The notes: generated by a model not told the origin, from the sequence alone. A DNA stretch of 46,184 nucleotides from an uncultured Methanosarcinales archaeon (GCA_964439765.1 CAYTOG010000003.1:1-46184), one strand, 5' to 3'; numbered from the stretch's first letter, positions 36,448-46,184 are shown. Numbers and translations: made by a program.

Positions 36448-37743
36448 ATGTTATCAATAAAATTCTTAAGAGAAAATATCAAGGCAGTGAAACAAAGTGA
36501 AAGGCGCCGTGGCCATGATCTTGAAATTGTGGACAAAGCGCTTAGAATCGATGAGCAATGGAGAGAAGAAAAAACAGATCTGCAAAAACTGCAACAAGAG
36601 AGGAACAAAGTCTCAGAAGAGATAAACTCTTTAATGAAACAGAAGAAGAAAGACGAAGCTCAGATAAAAATTAAAGAAATGAAAGAACTTGCAAGTAAAA
36701 TAAAGGTTAGTGAAGAAAAAACAACAAACTTGCTAAAAGAGCGTAACACTCTAATTAAAAAAATAGGCAACGTTCTTGAACCAAGTGTTCCAAAAGGAGA
36801 TAGTGATGCAGATAATCCAACTATAAGGGAAGTTGGGGAAAAACCAAAGTTTGATTTTCCAATTAAAGATCATCAAGAGATTATGCAAGACCTCGACCTT
36901 GTAGATTTAGATACAGCAGCTCATGTAAGTGCTGCAAGATTTTATTATCTTAAAAACGAAGCTGTGATTCTTGACCTTGCACTTCAAAGGTTCGCAATAG
37001 ATCTATTGCGAAAAGAAGGATTTAATTTGATTTATCCTCCATTCATGCTAAATCGTGCAGCTCTAGCTGGGGGGGTTAACTTATCTGAATTCGAAGACAC
37101 AATTTACAAAATTGAAGATGAAGATCTATATCTTATTGGAACTAGTGAACATCCACTTGTTGCACTAAAGAAAGATGCAGTGATGACTGAAGAGGAACTT
37201 GCCCTAAAACTTTGTGGGATTAGTGCATGTTTTAGAAAAGAGGCAGGGAGTCATGGAAGGGACACTAAAGGAATTTTTCGAGTGCATCAATTCAATAAGA
37301 TTGAGCAGATAATTTATTGTAAACCAGAAGATTCACCAAAATTCTTTGATTATGCTGAAGCACTTTCAGAAAGGATTTTCAATGAACTTGGAATTCCATT
37401 TCGTGTTGTGCAAATTTGCACAGGTGATATTGGTAATAAACAATCTTTGCAGTATGATATTGAAGGATGGTTCCCAGGACAAAATGAGAAAAAAGGAGCA
37501 TACAGAGAGTTAACAAGTTGTAGTAATTGTACTGATTATCAATCTGTAACTCTAAACACTAAATTCAGAAGGAAAGCAACTGGGGAAAAAGAGTATGCTC
37601 ACATTATTAATAACACTGCGATCGCAACAGCAAGGGCGATAGTTGCAATACTTGAAAATTTCCAAACAAAGGATGGGACTGTAATGGTGCCAAAAGTTTT
37701 ATGGCCTTACATGAGTGGGATTAAAGAGATAGGGAAGAAGTAA
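36448..37743 (+). CDS. serS: Serine--tRNA ligase
   Basis: N-terminal coiled-coil arm, GTSE, FRKEAG..GIFRVHQFNKIEQ, ELTSCSNCTDYQ, NNTAIA. Confidence 0.97.
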   Translation: MLSIKFLRENIKAVKQSERRRGHDLEIVDKALRIDEQWREEKTDLQKLQQERNKVSEEINSLMKQKKKDEAQIKIKEMKELASKIKVSEEKTTNLLKERNTLIKKIGNVLEPSVPKGDSDADNPTIREVGEKPKFDFPIKDHQEIMQDLDLVDLDTAAHVSAARFYYLKNEAVILDLALQRFAIDLLRKEGFNLIYPPFMLNRAALAGGVNLSEFEDTIYKIEDEDLYLIGTSEHPLVALKKDAVMTEEELALKLCGISACFRKEAGSHGRDTKGIFRVHQFNKIEQIIYCKPEDSPKFFDYAEALSERIFNELGIPFRVVQICTGDIGNKQSLQYDIEGWFPGQNEKKGAYRELTSCSNCTDYQSVTLNTKFRRKATGEKEYAHIINNTAIATARAIVAILENFQTKDGTVMVPKVLWPYMSGIKEIGKK

Positions 37744-37826
37744 TAGTTTAGATAGAAATCTTATTTCTTCTAACTTTTCCTAAAATTCGCAACAATATCT
37801 AGGAATGACTTATAACAATATGGAGT

Positions 37827-38228
37827 GTGAAAATAAATATGCCATTAAAATCTAGTTTAATAGGAATTTTAGGGGTAGCTATTTCATGCTTTTATACAAC
37901 ACAAGAAAATCTTAGTGGGTGTATGAATTATGATATTGGAGAAATGCCATGGGTTGAAGTTAGCAATGGCCAAGGAATGGAATTGACATTAGGTGACATT
38001 GATACTGATGGAAATACTGAATTGGCTTTTAGGAGATCTTCTCCTTCAGAAGACACATACTTGCACTTTGATGAAGGTTCTATAACTGGTTTCTATTCTA
38101 GAAATGGACAATCGCAAGGAATTGATTTGTTAGCAGTTGACATTGGAAGAAATGTTGACATTGCACTAAGGGGGTCATTAGGAGAGAAAACATTTACATT
38201 ATATAATGGGGAATTTTCGTTAGAATAG
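37827..38228 (+). CDS. Hypothetical exported protein with an FG-GAP/EF-like DxDxDG loop
   Basis: N-terminal hydrophobic stretch with Cys; GDIDTDGNTELAF. Confidence 0.6.
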   Translation: MKINMPLKSSLIGILGVAISCFYTTQENLSGCMNYDIGEMPWVEVSNGQGMELTLGDIDTDGNTELAFRRSSPSEDTYLHFDEGSITGFYSRNGQSQGIDLLAVDIGRNVDIALRGSLGEKTFTLYNGEFSLE

Positions 38229-38236
38229 AATTAATG

Positions 38237-38596
38237 TTAATAATTTTCTTCAACATATTCATAGCATTCATTTCTTTTAGAACTATCAGTTACTGATTCA
38301 CATACTTCATTAAGAACATCTATGTCAGCTTCAAAGTTAGGGTCTGCAATTTCTAAACATTCTTCAAACCAATAATTTGTGTTTGTGCAATATCCAACTT
38401 CGCCAGTTGTTCGAGCAAGTTCAGTGTAACATTCTGCTTTGTTTTGAGAGTCAGAAATACTCTCACAATTACCATCTAAAAATCCATCAGTGGAGTTTTC
38501 AGCTGAATTAAGGAAGGAGAAGTAATAAATTATGATCATCAATAGAAATAAGGCTCCAAGTATTAATGCAATATTCTTTGAATTTTTCCCACCCAT
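38237..38596 (-). CDS. Membrane-anchored Cys-repeat protein
   Basis: N-terminal TM; repeats CESISDSQNKAECY and CESVTDSSKRNECY. Confidence 0.75.
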   Translation of the reverse strand: MGGKNSKNIALILGALFLLMIIIYYFSFLNSAENSTDGFLDGNCESISDSQNKAECYTELARTTGEVGYCTNTNYWFEECLEIADPNFEADIDVLNEVCESVTDSSKRNECYEYVEENY

Positions 38597-38713
38597 ATTG
38601 CTAAATAGTATAACAGAAATATATATATGTTTTGGAGAAGAGAGATCTATTTTGATGGGCGCCTAGCCTAGATCATCAAAAACTTAATATACACACCAAA
38701 AAACAGAATTTCT

Positions 38714-39787
38714 ATGTCGATGTTCAAAAACATGCTTCGAAGTGGTGAATCATTATTTAGAGACACTATTGTTCTAGACTATGATTTCCAACCAAAAATT
38801 CTCAAATATAGGGAAGCTGAGCAGAAACGTTTTGCAATAGCAATCCGCCCAATGCTCGATGGCCATACTGGAAGAAACCTCTTTGTTGATGGGGTACCAG
38901 GTATTGGGAAAACAACGGCGTGTAAAAATGTCTTAAGAGAACTTGAAGAAGAAACAGATGAAATTTATTCCTTCTACATCAACTGTTGGAAAGAGAATAC
39001 AACCTACAAAGTATTTGCAAAAATTTGTGATAAATTAGGATTCAAATTTATTCAAAATAAAAAAACTTCAGAACTATTTGATTTAATTGCGCAAAAGATT
39101 AACAAACAAGGAATCAGTGCTGTGTTTGTCTTTGATGAAATTGACAAATTAGAAGACACTGATTTTCTATACACTGTTCTTGAGGATATTTATCGCAAAA
39201 CAATAATCCTAATAACAAATTATAGGGATACTTTCTCGACGCTTGATGAAAGAATAAGATCCAGGCTCTCACCGGAATTTGTAACATTTCGTGCATATAA
39301 GGAATCTGAAATTAAAGGAATTCTAGTGGAAAGAAGGAAGTATGCATTTGTTCAAGGATGTTGGGATGATGATGCCTTCAGTGAACTTTGTCAAAAATGC
39401 ACAGAAACTGGTGATGTAAGAATTGGTTTATACTTAATGCGTGAAGCAGGTAACATAGCAGAAGAAAAATCATCAAGGAAAATAACTCCTGAACATGTTG
39501 CAGTTGCTATTCGCAAAGTTGACGAGTTTTATATAAAACCAAAAGATGCTCTACCAGCAGAGATGTTGGAACTTTTAGAATTGATCAAAGTTAATAGTGG
39601 CGCAAAGATTGGAGAACTTTATCAGCTATTCTGTGAAAAAGGTAGAGAAATGAGTTACAAAAGTTTCCAGCGCCGAGTAGCAAAACTTAGTGAAGGAAAA
39701 TATATTCAAACTGAAAAGCAGCAGAATAAGAGTGGTAACACTACACTTCTTCATTTCAATGCTGTGAAGAAATTAACAGAGTATTGA
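38714..39787 (+). CDS. cdc6: Cdc6/Orc1 family replication initiator AAA+ ATPase
   Basis: GVPGIGKTT, YINC, VFDEID, RIRSRL, GDVRIGL and a C-terminal wHTH. Confidence 0.9.
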   Translation: MSMFKNMLRSGESLFRDTIVLDYDFQPKILKYREAEQKRFAIAIRPMLDGHTGRNLFVDGVPGIGKTTACKNVLRELEEETDEIYSFYINCWKENTTYKVFAKICDKLGFKFIQNKKTSELFDLIAQKINKQGISAVFVFDEIDKLEDTDFLYTVLEDIYRKTIILITNYRDTFSTLDERIRSRLSPEFVTFRAYKESEIKGILVERRKYAFVQGCWDDDAFSELCQKCTETGDVRIGLYLMREAGNIAEEKSSRKITPEHVAVAIRKVDEFYIKPKDALPAEMLELLELIKVNSGAKIGELYQLFCEKGREMSYKSFQRRVAKLSEGKYIQTEKQQNKSGNTTLLHFNAVKKLTEY

Positions 39788-39812
39788 ACTTAATGTGCTT
39801 TTTTTAAATAAA

Positions 39813-40295
39813 TCACTCTTGTTTTCTGAAATTTTTAAGATTATCTAATACGGTTTCTAAACTTCCAGCGTAAATACTAAAGTAATTATTAAGACCGATT
39901 AACATGACTCGTCTATCTTCTGGAATTATTTTAGTAAATGTTCCTCCTCGTGGGATTGTAATTCTTCCAGGATGTTGCCCTTTACTGGGATTATATGGGA
40001 GATGTGCAAGGTTAGATAAAAGATCTCCAAGAGAAGCAAAATAGGCACTGGCTTCTTGTTCGTTTGCAACAAAAGGGCTTCGGATTCCAGTAAGCAATTG
40101 AGGGAATTCTTCATGAAGATAAGATTCTGGAATAACATGTAAGACAGGGATTGGACATTTTCCAGCAAGTGGTTGATACAAATAAAATGGAGATAAATGA
40201 TCAAGGGCAGTATTCCATGGTTTTGGAAGACATATACGAAATTTATCTTCAGAAACAGTACGCTCATATGTTCCAAAAAAAGCATCAAGTGTCAT
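39813..40295 (-). CDS. MraZ-like protein (two SpoVT/AbrB domains), divergent
   Basis: FFGTYERTVSEDKFRICLP and GRITIPR...VMLIGLNNYFSIY match the two MraZ repeats by eye. Confidence 0.6.
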   Translation of the reverse strand: MTLDAFFGTYERTVSEDKFRICLPKPWNTALDHLSPFYLYQPLAGKCPIPVLHVIPESYLHEEFPQLLTGIRSPFVANEQEASAYFASLGDLLSNLAHLPYNPSKGQHPGRITIPRGGTFTKIIPEDRRVMLIGLNNYFSIYAGSLETVLDNLKNFRKQE

Positions 40296-40413
40296 AATGT
40301 GATTTTTACCTGTTTATTTAAAAATCAAACGTCTCAAAATGAAAATACTTTAATTTCCAGTAAATTAACAAAATATTTGATAATTTCTATAAAACCATCA
40401 AAAACCTTATAAA

Positions 40414-40427
40414 TTAACTATTGTTAA
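40414..40427. promoter_or_regulatory. Palindrome TTAAC-N4-GTTAA just after the TATA box of the suf operon
   Basis: TTATAAA at 40407-40413 is followed directly by the inverted repeat. Confidence 0.4.
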
Positions 40428-40461
40428 GGAGAAATTAGCCATAGAATGGAGAAATATAACA

Positions 40462-40869
40462 ATGCGAAAAGTAACCTATCCACAAGAAATTGAAGTTTGG
40501 TATGTTCTGCCAGCAATTCGTAAACAAATAGCGCTTAGCCTAATAAAAAAAGGAATGACACAAAAAGAAGTTGCAACAATAATGGGCGTTACTGAAGCAA
40601 GTATTTCTCATTATAAAAAAGATAAACGTGCAAGAACGAATATATTAGAAACACCAAAACTCAAAGAACAAATATCTGAGGCCGTGAAGAGAATAATGGA
40701 AGATAAAAGTGTTCTTACTGCAGAAATTTTACAACTCAATCGCATGGTAAAAGATTCTGGAATTCTTTGTAGGTTATATGCAAAGAATAGTTCCCTAGAA
40801 GTAAAACAGAGGCCATGTCAGAGATGTACTCACCACAGCGAAGAAGAAAAAAAGAAAAGAGTGTGTTAA
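40462..40869 (+). CDS. XRE-type HTH regulator (COG2522-like) with C-terminal Cys motif; probable suf regulator
   Basis: PQEIEVWYVLPAIR..GMTQKEVATIMGVTEASISHY; LC...CQRC. First gene of the operon. Confidence 0.8.
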   Translation: MRKVTYPQEIEVWYVLPAIRKQIALSLIKKGMTQKEVATIMGVTEASISHYKKDKRARTNILETPKLKEQISEAVKRIMEDKSVLTAEILQLNRMVKDSGILCRLYAKNSSLEVKQRPCQRCTHHSEEEKKKRVC

Positions 40870-40870
40870 T

Positions 40871-42268
40871 GTGGGAGAAAAAAATATTGTTAAGATAGAT
40901 AGAACCATCTTTGACACAGCAGACAAGCACGAGCCAAAGTTTCAAACAACTCCTGGGATGACAGAGGAAGTCGTCAGATTAATTTCTAAAACTAAAAACG
41001 AACCAGAATGGATGTTACAAAAAAGGCTCAAAGCCTTCTCATTGTTTCAAAAAACAACAATACCAAATTGGGGCCCAGACTTGAGCAAACTTGACTTGAA
41101 CAAAATAATTTATTTTGTTGATCCAAACGCAACTGAAAGTGATTCTTGGGATGATGTTCCTGATGAAATAAAAAAAACGTTTGATAAATTGGGCATACCT
41201 GAAGCAGAAAAGAAAGCATTGGCGGGAGTTGGTGCACAATATGACAGTGGAATGGTCTATCATAATCTACAAAAAAAGCTCAAAGAGAAAGGAGTTATAT
41301 TTGAGAATATGGATGTTGCTTTAAAAACACATGAAGAACTAGTTAAGAAATTTTTCATGACAAATTGTATTCCAATTAACGACCATAAGTTCATAATGCT
41401 TCATGCTGCTGTGTGGAGTGGTGGGACATTTATTTATGTGCCAAAAAACATCAAAGTAGATCTCCCATTGCAAGCATACTTCAGAATGAACCAAAAACAA
41501 GGTGGCCAGTTCGAACACACATTAATAATTGTTGATGAAGGAGCAGAGTTACATTACATTGAAGGTTGCAGCTCACCAAGATATCAACAAAGTTCTCTAC
41601 ATGCAGGTTGTGTTGAAATTCATGTGATGAAAGGTGCAACTATGAGATACACATCTATCGAAAACTGGAGCAGAAATGTCTACAACCTCAACACTAAAAG
41701 AGCTTTAGTACAAAAAGATGCAAAAATGATTTGGACAAATGGTAACATGGGAAGTTCAAGAACTATGTTATACCCAAGTTCAGTTCTTGTTGGTGAGGGT
41801 GCACACACAGAAAGTTTAGGGATTGCTTTTGCAGGAGAAAATCAAGATCAAGATACTGGGGCGAAAGTCATCCATGCAGCATCAAATACAACCTCTATCA
41901 TTAAAGCAAAAAGTATCAGTAAAGAGGGGGGAATTTCAAGTTATCGTGGACTGGTTAAAGTTTCACCTAATGCAAAGAACGTGAAAAGTAAAGTACAATG
42001 TGATGCCCTTCTTCTGGACGAGAAATCAGTTTCTAAAACATATCCATACATAGCCTGCGCATCTTCAAATGCAAATATTGGCCATGAAGCTAGTGTAAGT
42101 AAAGTTAGTGATGAACAAATGTTCTATCTGCAAAGCCGTGGCCTATCTGTTGAACAAGCAACAAAAGTAATTGTAAGCGGGTTCATTTCTCCAGTAATCA
42201 AAGCACTCCCATTAGAATACGCAGTTGAATTGAATAAGTTAATTGAGTTAGAAGTTGAAGGAATGTAA
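40871..42268 (+). CDS. sufB: Fe-S cluster assembly scaffold SufB
   Basis: EPEWML, GVGAQYDS, GQFEHTLII, YIEGCS, QCDALL, HEASV, FYLQSRG. Confidence 0.96.
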   Translation: MGEKNIVKIDRTIFDTADKHEPKFQTTPGMTEEVVRLISKTKNEPEWMLQKRLKAFSLFQKTTIPNWGPDLSKLDLNKIIYFVDPNATESDSWDDVPDEIKKTFDKLGIPEAEKKALAGVGAQYDSGMVYHNLQKKLKEKGVIFENMDVALKTHEELVKKFFMTNCIPINDHKFIMLHAAVWSGGTFIYVPKNIKVDLPLQAYFRMNQKQGGQFEHTLIIVDEGAELHYIEGCSSPRYQQSSLHAGCVEIHVMKGATMRYTSIENWSRNVYNLNTKRALVQKDAKMIWTNGNMGSSRTMLYPSSVLVGEGAHTESLGIAFAGENQDQDTGAKVIHAASNTTSIIKAKSISKEGGISSYRGLVKVSPNAKNVKSKVQCDALLLDEKSVSKTYPYIACASSNANIGHEASVSKVSDEQMFYLQSRGLSVEQATKVIVSGFISPVIKALPLEYAVELNKLIELEVEGM

Positions 42269-43078
42269 ATGAAAACAGCACAGTGTATCATGGGAAATGT
42301 AGAGTCAAAAGAAGAGGGCAATTCGTTTAATATAAGAATTATTTCAAATCAAAAAGAGTCAACTCCAATTATCTTACTTCCTGGAATTGATTTTCCGAAA
42401 AGTTGCAATAACATAAATATTTCAATTGAAAAAAATGCAGAAGCAACAATTCTTCTTCTTCATGATTCTAAAAAAAGGTCCAACTCTATGATCAAAACAA
42501 ACGTAGACATACAAGAAAATTCTACATTAATGATAATTGATTGTATTTTGGCTGGGGAGCACACAACTATTCAACAAAATATTAAACTCAAAGAAAAAAG
42601 TGCAACAGCAAAGAGTGTAGTCATTTTTCTTGGAAAAGAAGGAGAACAAATTGATATAGAGACAAATATGTGGCATGAAGCAGATAAAACTAAAGGGGAC
42701 ATGGTTTGTAACGGAGCACTTTTAGGTAATGCAAAAGTAGAATTCTTTGGAAAAATTCAAATTCCAAAAGGCGTTAAGCAAATAGAAAGTCATCAAAGAA
42801 TGAAATGTTTCACTCAAGGAGACAAAACAAAGTGTGATGCTCTTCCAATTTTGGATGTTAACAGCAATAGTGTGATTTGTAGTCATGGTGCAGCAATAGG
42901 GAGAGTTGAAGAGGAGAATGTGTATTATTTAGAATCTCGTGGGATAGAAAAAGAAGATGCCCAGAGAATGATCTTACATGGTTTTTTACTGCAAGAGTTA
43001 AAAAAAATTAAACAAATTCCTAAAGAAACTTATCAAGAAATAAACAACACAATAAAAGAAAAATTAAGGTTACAATAA
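42269..43078 (+). CDS. sufD: Fe-S cluster assembly protein SufD (N-terminally short)
   Basis: Beta-helix core, ALPILDV, CSHGAAIG, YYLESRGI. Confidence 0.88.
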   Translation: MKTAQCIMGNVESKEEGNSFNIRIISNQKESTPIILLPGIDFPKSCNNINISIEKNAEATILLLHDSKKRSNSMIKTNVDIQENSTLMIIDCILAGEHTTIQQNIKLKEKSATAKSVVIFLGKEGEQIDIETNMWHEADKTKGDMVCNGALLGNAKVEFFGKIQIPKGVKQIESHQRMKCFTQGDKTKCDALPILDVNSNSVICSHGAAIGRVEEENVYYLESRGIEKEDAQRMILHGFLLQELKKIKQIPKETYQEINNTIKEKLRLQ

Positions 43079-43079
43079 G

Positions 43080-44309
43080 ATGAAATCAATAGATAAAATA
43101 AAAAAAGATTTCCCTATATTTGAGGAAAAAATCAACAAGCATAAATTGATCTATTTAGATAACAGTGCAACAACTCAAAAGCCAAAAAATGTAATAAATG
43201 CGATTTCAAACTATTACAAAACAAGCAACGCAAACACGCACCGTAGTGTACATGAATTAGCAAGTCGTGCAACAATTCAATTAGAAGCAGCAAGAGGAAC
43301 TGTTGCAAAGTTCATAGGAGCAGATGTTGAAGAGATAATTTTCACAAGTGGAACAACAGATTCACTAAATAAACTTGCATTGTCACTTCAATCCATAATC
43401 AATAAAGGAGATGAGATCATTTTAACAGAAATGGAACACCATTCAAACATTGTTCCATGGCAACAAATTGCAGAAAAAACAGGAGCAACAATAAAATGGC
43501 TGGAGATAACAAAAGATTTCAGATTAGATCTAACGACATTAAAAAAAATGATAACAAAGAGGACAAAAATTTTGTCATTAACACAAGTTTCAAATGTCCT
43601 TGGAACAATTAATCCAATCAAAGCTATAATAACAAATGCAAAGAATATAAACCCAGAAATAATCACTGTAATTGATGCAGCACAATCTGTACCACATATT
43701 AAAGTTGATGTGAAAGAATTAGGTTGTGACTTCTTGGCATTCTCTGGACATAAAACACTTGGTCCAACTGGAATTGGAGTTCTTTATGGAAGAAGAGAAT
43801 TGCTCACAAAAATGTCTCCATTCAGTTTTGGTGGTGGGATGATTTTGGAAGTTACAAAACAGAAGTCAAGCTGGAATGATATTCCATATAAATTCGAAGC
43901 AGGAACACCTAACATTGAAGGTGCAGTTGGTCTTCGAGCGGCGATAGAATATTTAGAAAATCTAGAAGTGCAAAATATTGAAAGACAAATGCAAGAATTA
44001 ACTGAATATGGATTAAAAAGATTGAAAACAATAAAGGGACTAACGATAATTGGACCCAAAGACGCAAAAAATCGAGCACCAATGTTTTCATTTAACATAA
44101 ATGGGTTACATTCACATGACATCTCTGAAATACTAAATAAAAGGGGAATTGCAATTCGTGGTGGAAATCATTGTGCAATGCCACTGTTTGAAAAAATCAA
44201 ACAAAACGGCGCAAGTAGAGCCTCGTTATATCTGTATAACACCAAAGAAGAAATTGATGCATTGGTTGATGGAATAAAAGAAGCTAAGAAAATATTCAAA
44301 ATAGATTAA
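43080..44309 (+). CDS. sufS: Cysteine desulfurase (group II)
   Basis: YLDNSATTQKP, MEHHSN, SGHK (PLP Lys), RGGNHCA. Confidence 0.96.
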   Translation: MKSIDKIKKDFPIFEEKINKHKLIYLDNSATTQKPKNVINAISNYYKTSNANTHRSVHELASRATIQLEAARGTVAKFIGADVEEIIFTSGTTDSLNKLALSLQSIINKGDEIILTEMEHHSNIVPWQQIAEKTGATIKWLEITKDFRLDLTTLKKMITKRTKILSLTQVSNVLGTINPIKAIITNAKNINPEIITVIDAAQSVPHIKVDVKELGCDFLAFSGHKTLGPTGIGVLYGRRELLTKMSPFSFGGGMILEVTKQKSSWNDIPYKFEAGTPNIEGAVGLRAAIEYLENLEVQNIERQMQELTEYGLKRLKTIKGLTIIGPKDAKNRAPMFSFNINGLHSHDISEILNKRGIAIRGGNHCAMPLFEKIKQNGASRASLYLYNTKEEIDALVDGIKEAKKIFKID

Positions 44310-44333
44310 TTTGAACAAATAAGAGAACAGAAA

Positions 44334-44744
44334 ATGAAACTAGAAAATCCAACTGATATGTCAACAGATGACAAGTTAACTGAAGAGCAAGAGATCTATA
44401 AAGAGAATATTATTGATCATTACAAACACCCACATAATAAACGGAAAATGAATGGGGCAACAAAAACAGAGAAAGGGATCAACCCACTATGTGGAGACCA
44501 TATTATCTTATATTTGGAAATCAAAGATGAAAAAATAATTGATGTGAGTTTTGAAGGAGATGGTTGTGCAATTTCGCAGGCATCAATTTCCTTACTCACA
44601 GACGAGTTAAAGGGGAGAACAATAAAAGAAGCACAAAAGATGACAAGCAAGGAGATCAACTCTTTACTTGGCATTCCAATAAGTCACACAAGAGATAAAT
44701 GTGCATTGCTTTCACTAAAAACATTGCATAAAGCATTAGAATAA
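44334..44744 (+). CDS. sufU: SUF system NifU/SufU family sulfur-transfer protein
   Basis: IIDHYKHPHN, NPLCGD, GCAISQAS, RDKCALL. Confidence 0.92.
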   Translation: MKLENPTDMSTDDKLTEEQEIYKENIIDHYKHPHNKRKMNGATKTEKGINPLCGDHIILYLEIKDEKIIDVSFEGDGCAISQASISLLTDELKGRTIKEAQKMTSKEINSLLGIPISHTRDKCALLSLKTLHKALE

Positions 44745-44784
44745 AAATCAAGATTTAAACTGATACATAAGAAACAAAGATAAA

Positions 44785-45573
44785 ATGGAAAAAGAAAATA
44801 ACAAACAACACAATATGCAAGTACTTGAAATCAAAGATCTTCATGTAGAAGTTGCTAACAAAGAGATTTTGAAAGGTATAAACTTAAAATTCGAATCAAA
44901 TAGTGTGCACGCCATCATGGGGCCAAATGGCTCTGGGAAAAGCACGCTTGCTGGCGCAATCATGGGGAACCCAAAATACAAAGTGACTAAAGGAAAAATC
45001 TTATTGAATGGAAAAGACATAACAGAATCAAGTGTAAAAGATAGAGCGGATAATGGAATATTTCTATCATTCCAATATCCATCAGAAGTTCCTGGGGTAA
45101 CAATTAATAATTTCCTACGTGAAGCAGTAAACACAAAGCGTGAACAATTAGGTAAGAAGAAATATTCGGTGGTAGAATTTTATAAATTACTTAAGGGAAA
45201 AATGTCTATGCTGGGTATGGATTCAAGTTTTCGAACAAGAGATCTCAATTATGGGTTTAGTGGTGGAGAGAAAAAACGAAGCGAGATGTTGCAACTACTC
45301 TTGCTGCAACCAACATTTGCAATACTCGATGAAACAGATTCAGGTCTTGATGTTGATGGGATAAAAACGGTAGCAAAAGCAATTCATGTTGCGAAGGAAG
45401 AAGAGCCACTGGGTGTAATTCTAATAACTCATTATGAACATTTTATGAGGGAGTTAATGCCAGATAAAGTAACTGTTCTTTGCAATGGTAAGATTATTCA
45501 GCAAGGGTCAACGGAACTTGCGAAAAAAATTCAAAAGAAGGGATTCAAAGAGTTTATTGAAGAAAAAAAATAA
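44785..45573 (+). CDS. sufC: Fe-S assembly ABC ATPase SufC
   Basis: GPNGSGKST, FQYPSEVPGV, FSGGEKKR, ILDETDSGLD, ITH. Confidence 0.96.
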   Translation: MEKENNKQHNMQVLEIKDLHVEVANKEILKGINLKFESNSVHAIMGPNGSGKSTLAGAIMGNPKYKVTKGKILLNGKDITESSVKDRADNGIFLSFQYPSEVPGVTINNFLREAVNTKREQLGKKKYSVVEFYKLLKGKMSMLGMDSSFRTRDLNYGFSGGEKKRSEMLQLLLLQPTFAILDETDSGLDVDGIKTVAKAIHVAKEEEPLGVILITHYEHFMRELMPDKVTVLCNGKIIQQGSTELAKKIQKKGFKEFIEEKK

Positions 45574-45604
45574 TTTGATCAATTTAATAATAACAAAAAC
45601 GAAA

Positions 45605-45895
45605 ATGGCAATCACAAAAGAACAAGTTGAAAAGATCTGCAAGAACTATGAAGACCCTGAACTTCATATTGATATTTGGACACTTGGTTTAGTATATAAA
45701 ATTGAAATTAAAGAAAACGATGTTGTGAATCTAACTATCACATTTACAACGCCAATGTGCCCGTTTGGTCCAGAAATGGTTCAAGATTTGAAACAGATCA
45801 TTAAGTATAAAGGAGCAAAAGAAGTAAACATTGATGTGACATTCGATCCTCCATGGAAACCATCTGGTGAGTTACGTGAAATGCTCGGGTTATAG
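45605..45895 (+). CDS. sufT: SufT/PaaD-like (DUF59) metal-sulfur cluster maturation protein
   Basis: DPELHIDIWTLGLVY, TFTTPMCP, FDPPW. Confidence 0.9.
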   Translation: MAITKEQVEKICKNYEDPELHIDIWTLGLVYKIEIKENDVVNLTITFTTPMCPFGPEMVQDLKQIIKYKGAKEVNIDVTFDPPWKPSGELREMLGL

Positions 45896-45912
45896 CAAAG
45901 GGTACCAGAACA

Positions 45913-46184
45913 ATGAAGAAAATGAATGAAAAAATAGTGTTAGTTGATTTTGCTGGAACTTTAATCAAAAGTGAAATAATTGAAGAAGCTAATATTGCCA
46001 GATCTAAGATTCTTAAAAGAGCTTTTCCAACAATTGAGCAACATGCAGATTCAGAAAACTTGTATAAATGCAATAGGGAATTTGTCGAAAAACTAACAGG
46101 GATAAAAGAGGACGACAAAATAAGATATAGGAAAAATGATTTAGGGTTTATGGAATTGGCTGGAAAAGAAGTTCAAAATCAAAT
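45913..46184 (+). CDS. HAD-like hydrolase, truncated by the window edge
   Basis: MKKMNEKIVLVDFAGTLIKS resembles HAD motif I; the frame is open to the end of the window. Confidence 0.6.
   Translation, partial: MKKMNEKIVLVDFAGTLIKSEIIEEANIARSKILKRAFPTIEQHADSENLYKCNREFVEKLTGIKEDDKIRYRKNDLGFMELAGKEVQNQ

Noticed and set aside
38600-38713. Replication origin upstream of cdc6
   Set aside because: Only an AT run and an 8-bp inverted repeat (TTTTGATG/CATCAAAA, 38650-38681) are present; no repeated ORB-like TTCCA..GAAAC/G-string elements were seen.
195-46118. Many short antisense or nested ORFs in the track (e.g. 195-632, 7276-7554, 12321-12842, 15695-16297, 33857-34042, 45801-46118)
   Set aside because: They overlap well-supported genes or RNAs on another frame or strand and have no motifs or SD; treated as shadow ORFs.

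Overview
AT-rich archaeal chromosomal window. It carries SRP54, Cdc6/Orc1, an XPD-type helicase, a TrmB regulator, TATA-like boxes and GAGGTG ribosome-binding sites. The gene families and many small membrane or acidic ORFans suggest a DPANN (Woesearchaeota-like) genome; that assignment is an inference. Housekeeping content: srp54, tRNA-Arg(TCG), tRNA-Phe(GAA), class II ribonucleotide reductase, PRPP synthase, serS, cdc6 and a complete sufBDSUC-sufT operon with an upstream HTH regulator. There is also a type IV pilus/T2SS-like locus (ATPase, platform protein, coiled-coil proteins, three paralogous membrane proteins), interrupted by an insert encoding a membrane-anchored papain-like protease that is split by one in-frame TAG. 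The most unusual signal is non-coding: three copies of a ~60-75 bp double-hairpin cassette ending in TATCAAATG-N6-8-CATTTGG, two of which share an identical 32-bp core. Each copy sits just after a gene's 3' end and is followed by a second copy of that 3' end. In one case the duplicated coding tail differs almost only at synonymous sites, as if a homologous gene end had been swapped in from a relative. Other candidates are a ~160-nt structured sRNA with a C-rich anti-SD-like loop, an unannotated 41-aa zinc-ribbon protein with a structured leader, a PhaF-like phasin beside an ABC1 kinase, a fused antitoxin-PIN protein, a degenerate UDG and an MraZ-like protein. All calls come from motif reading by eye; no searches were run.
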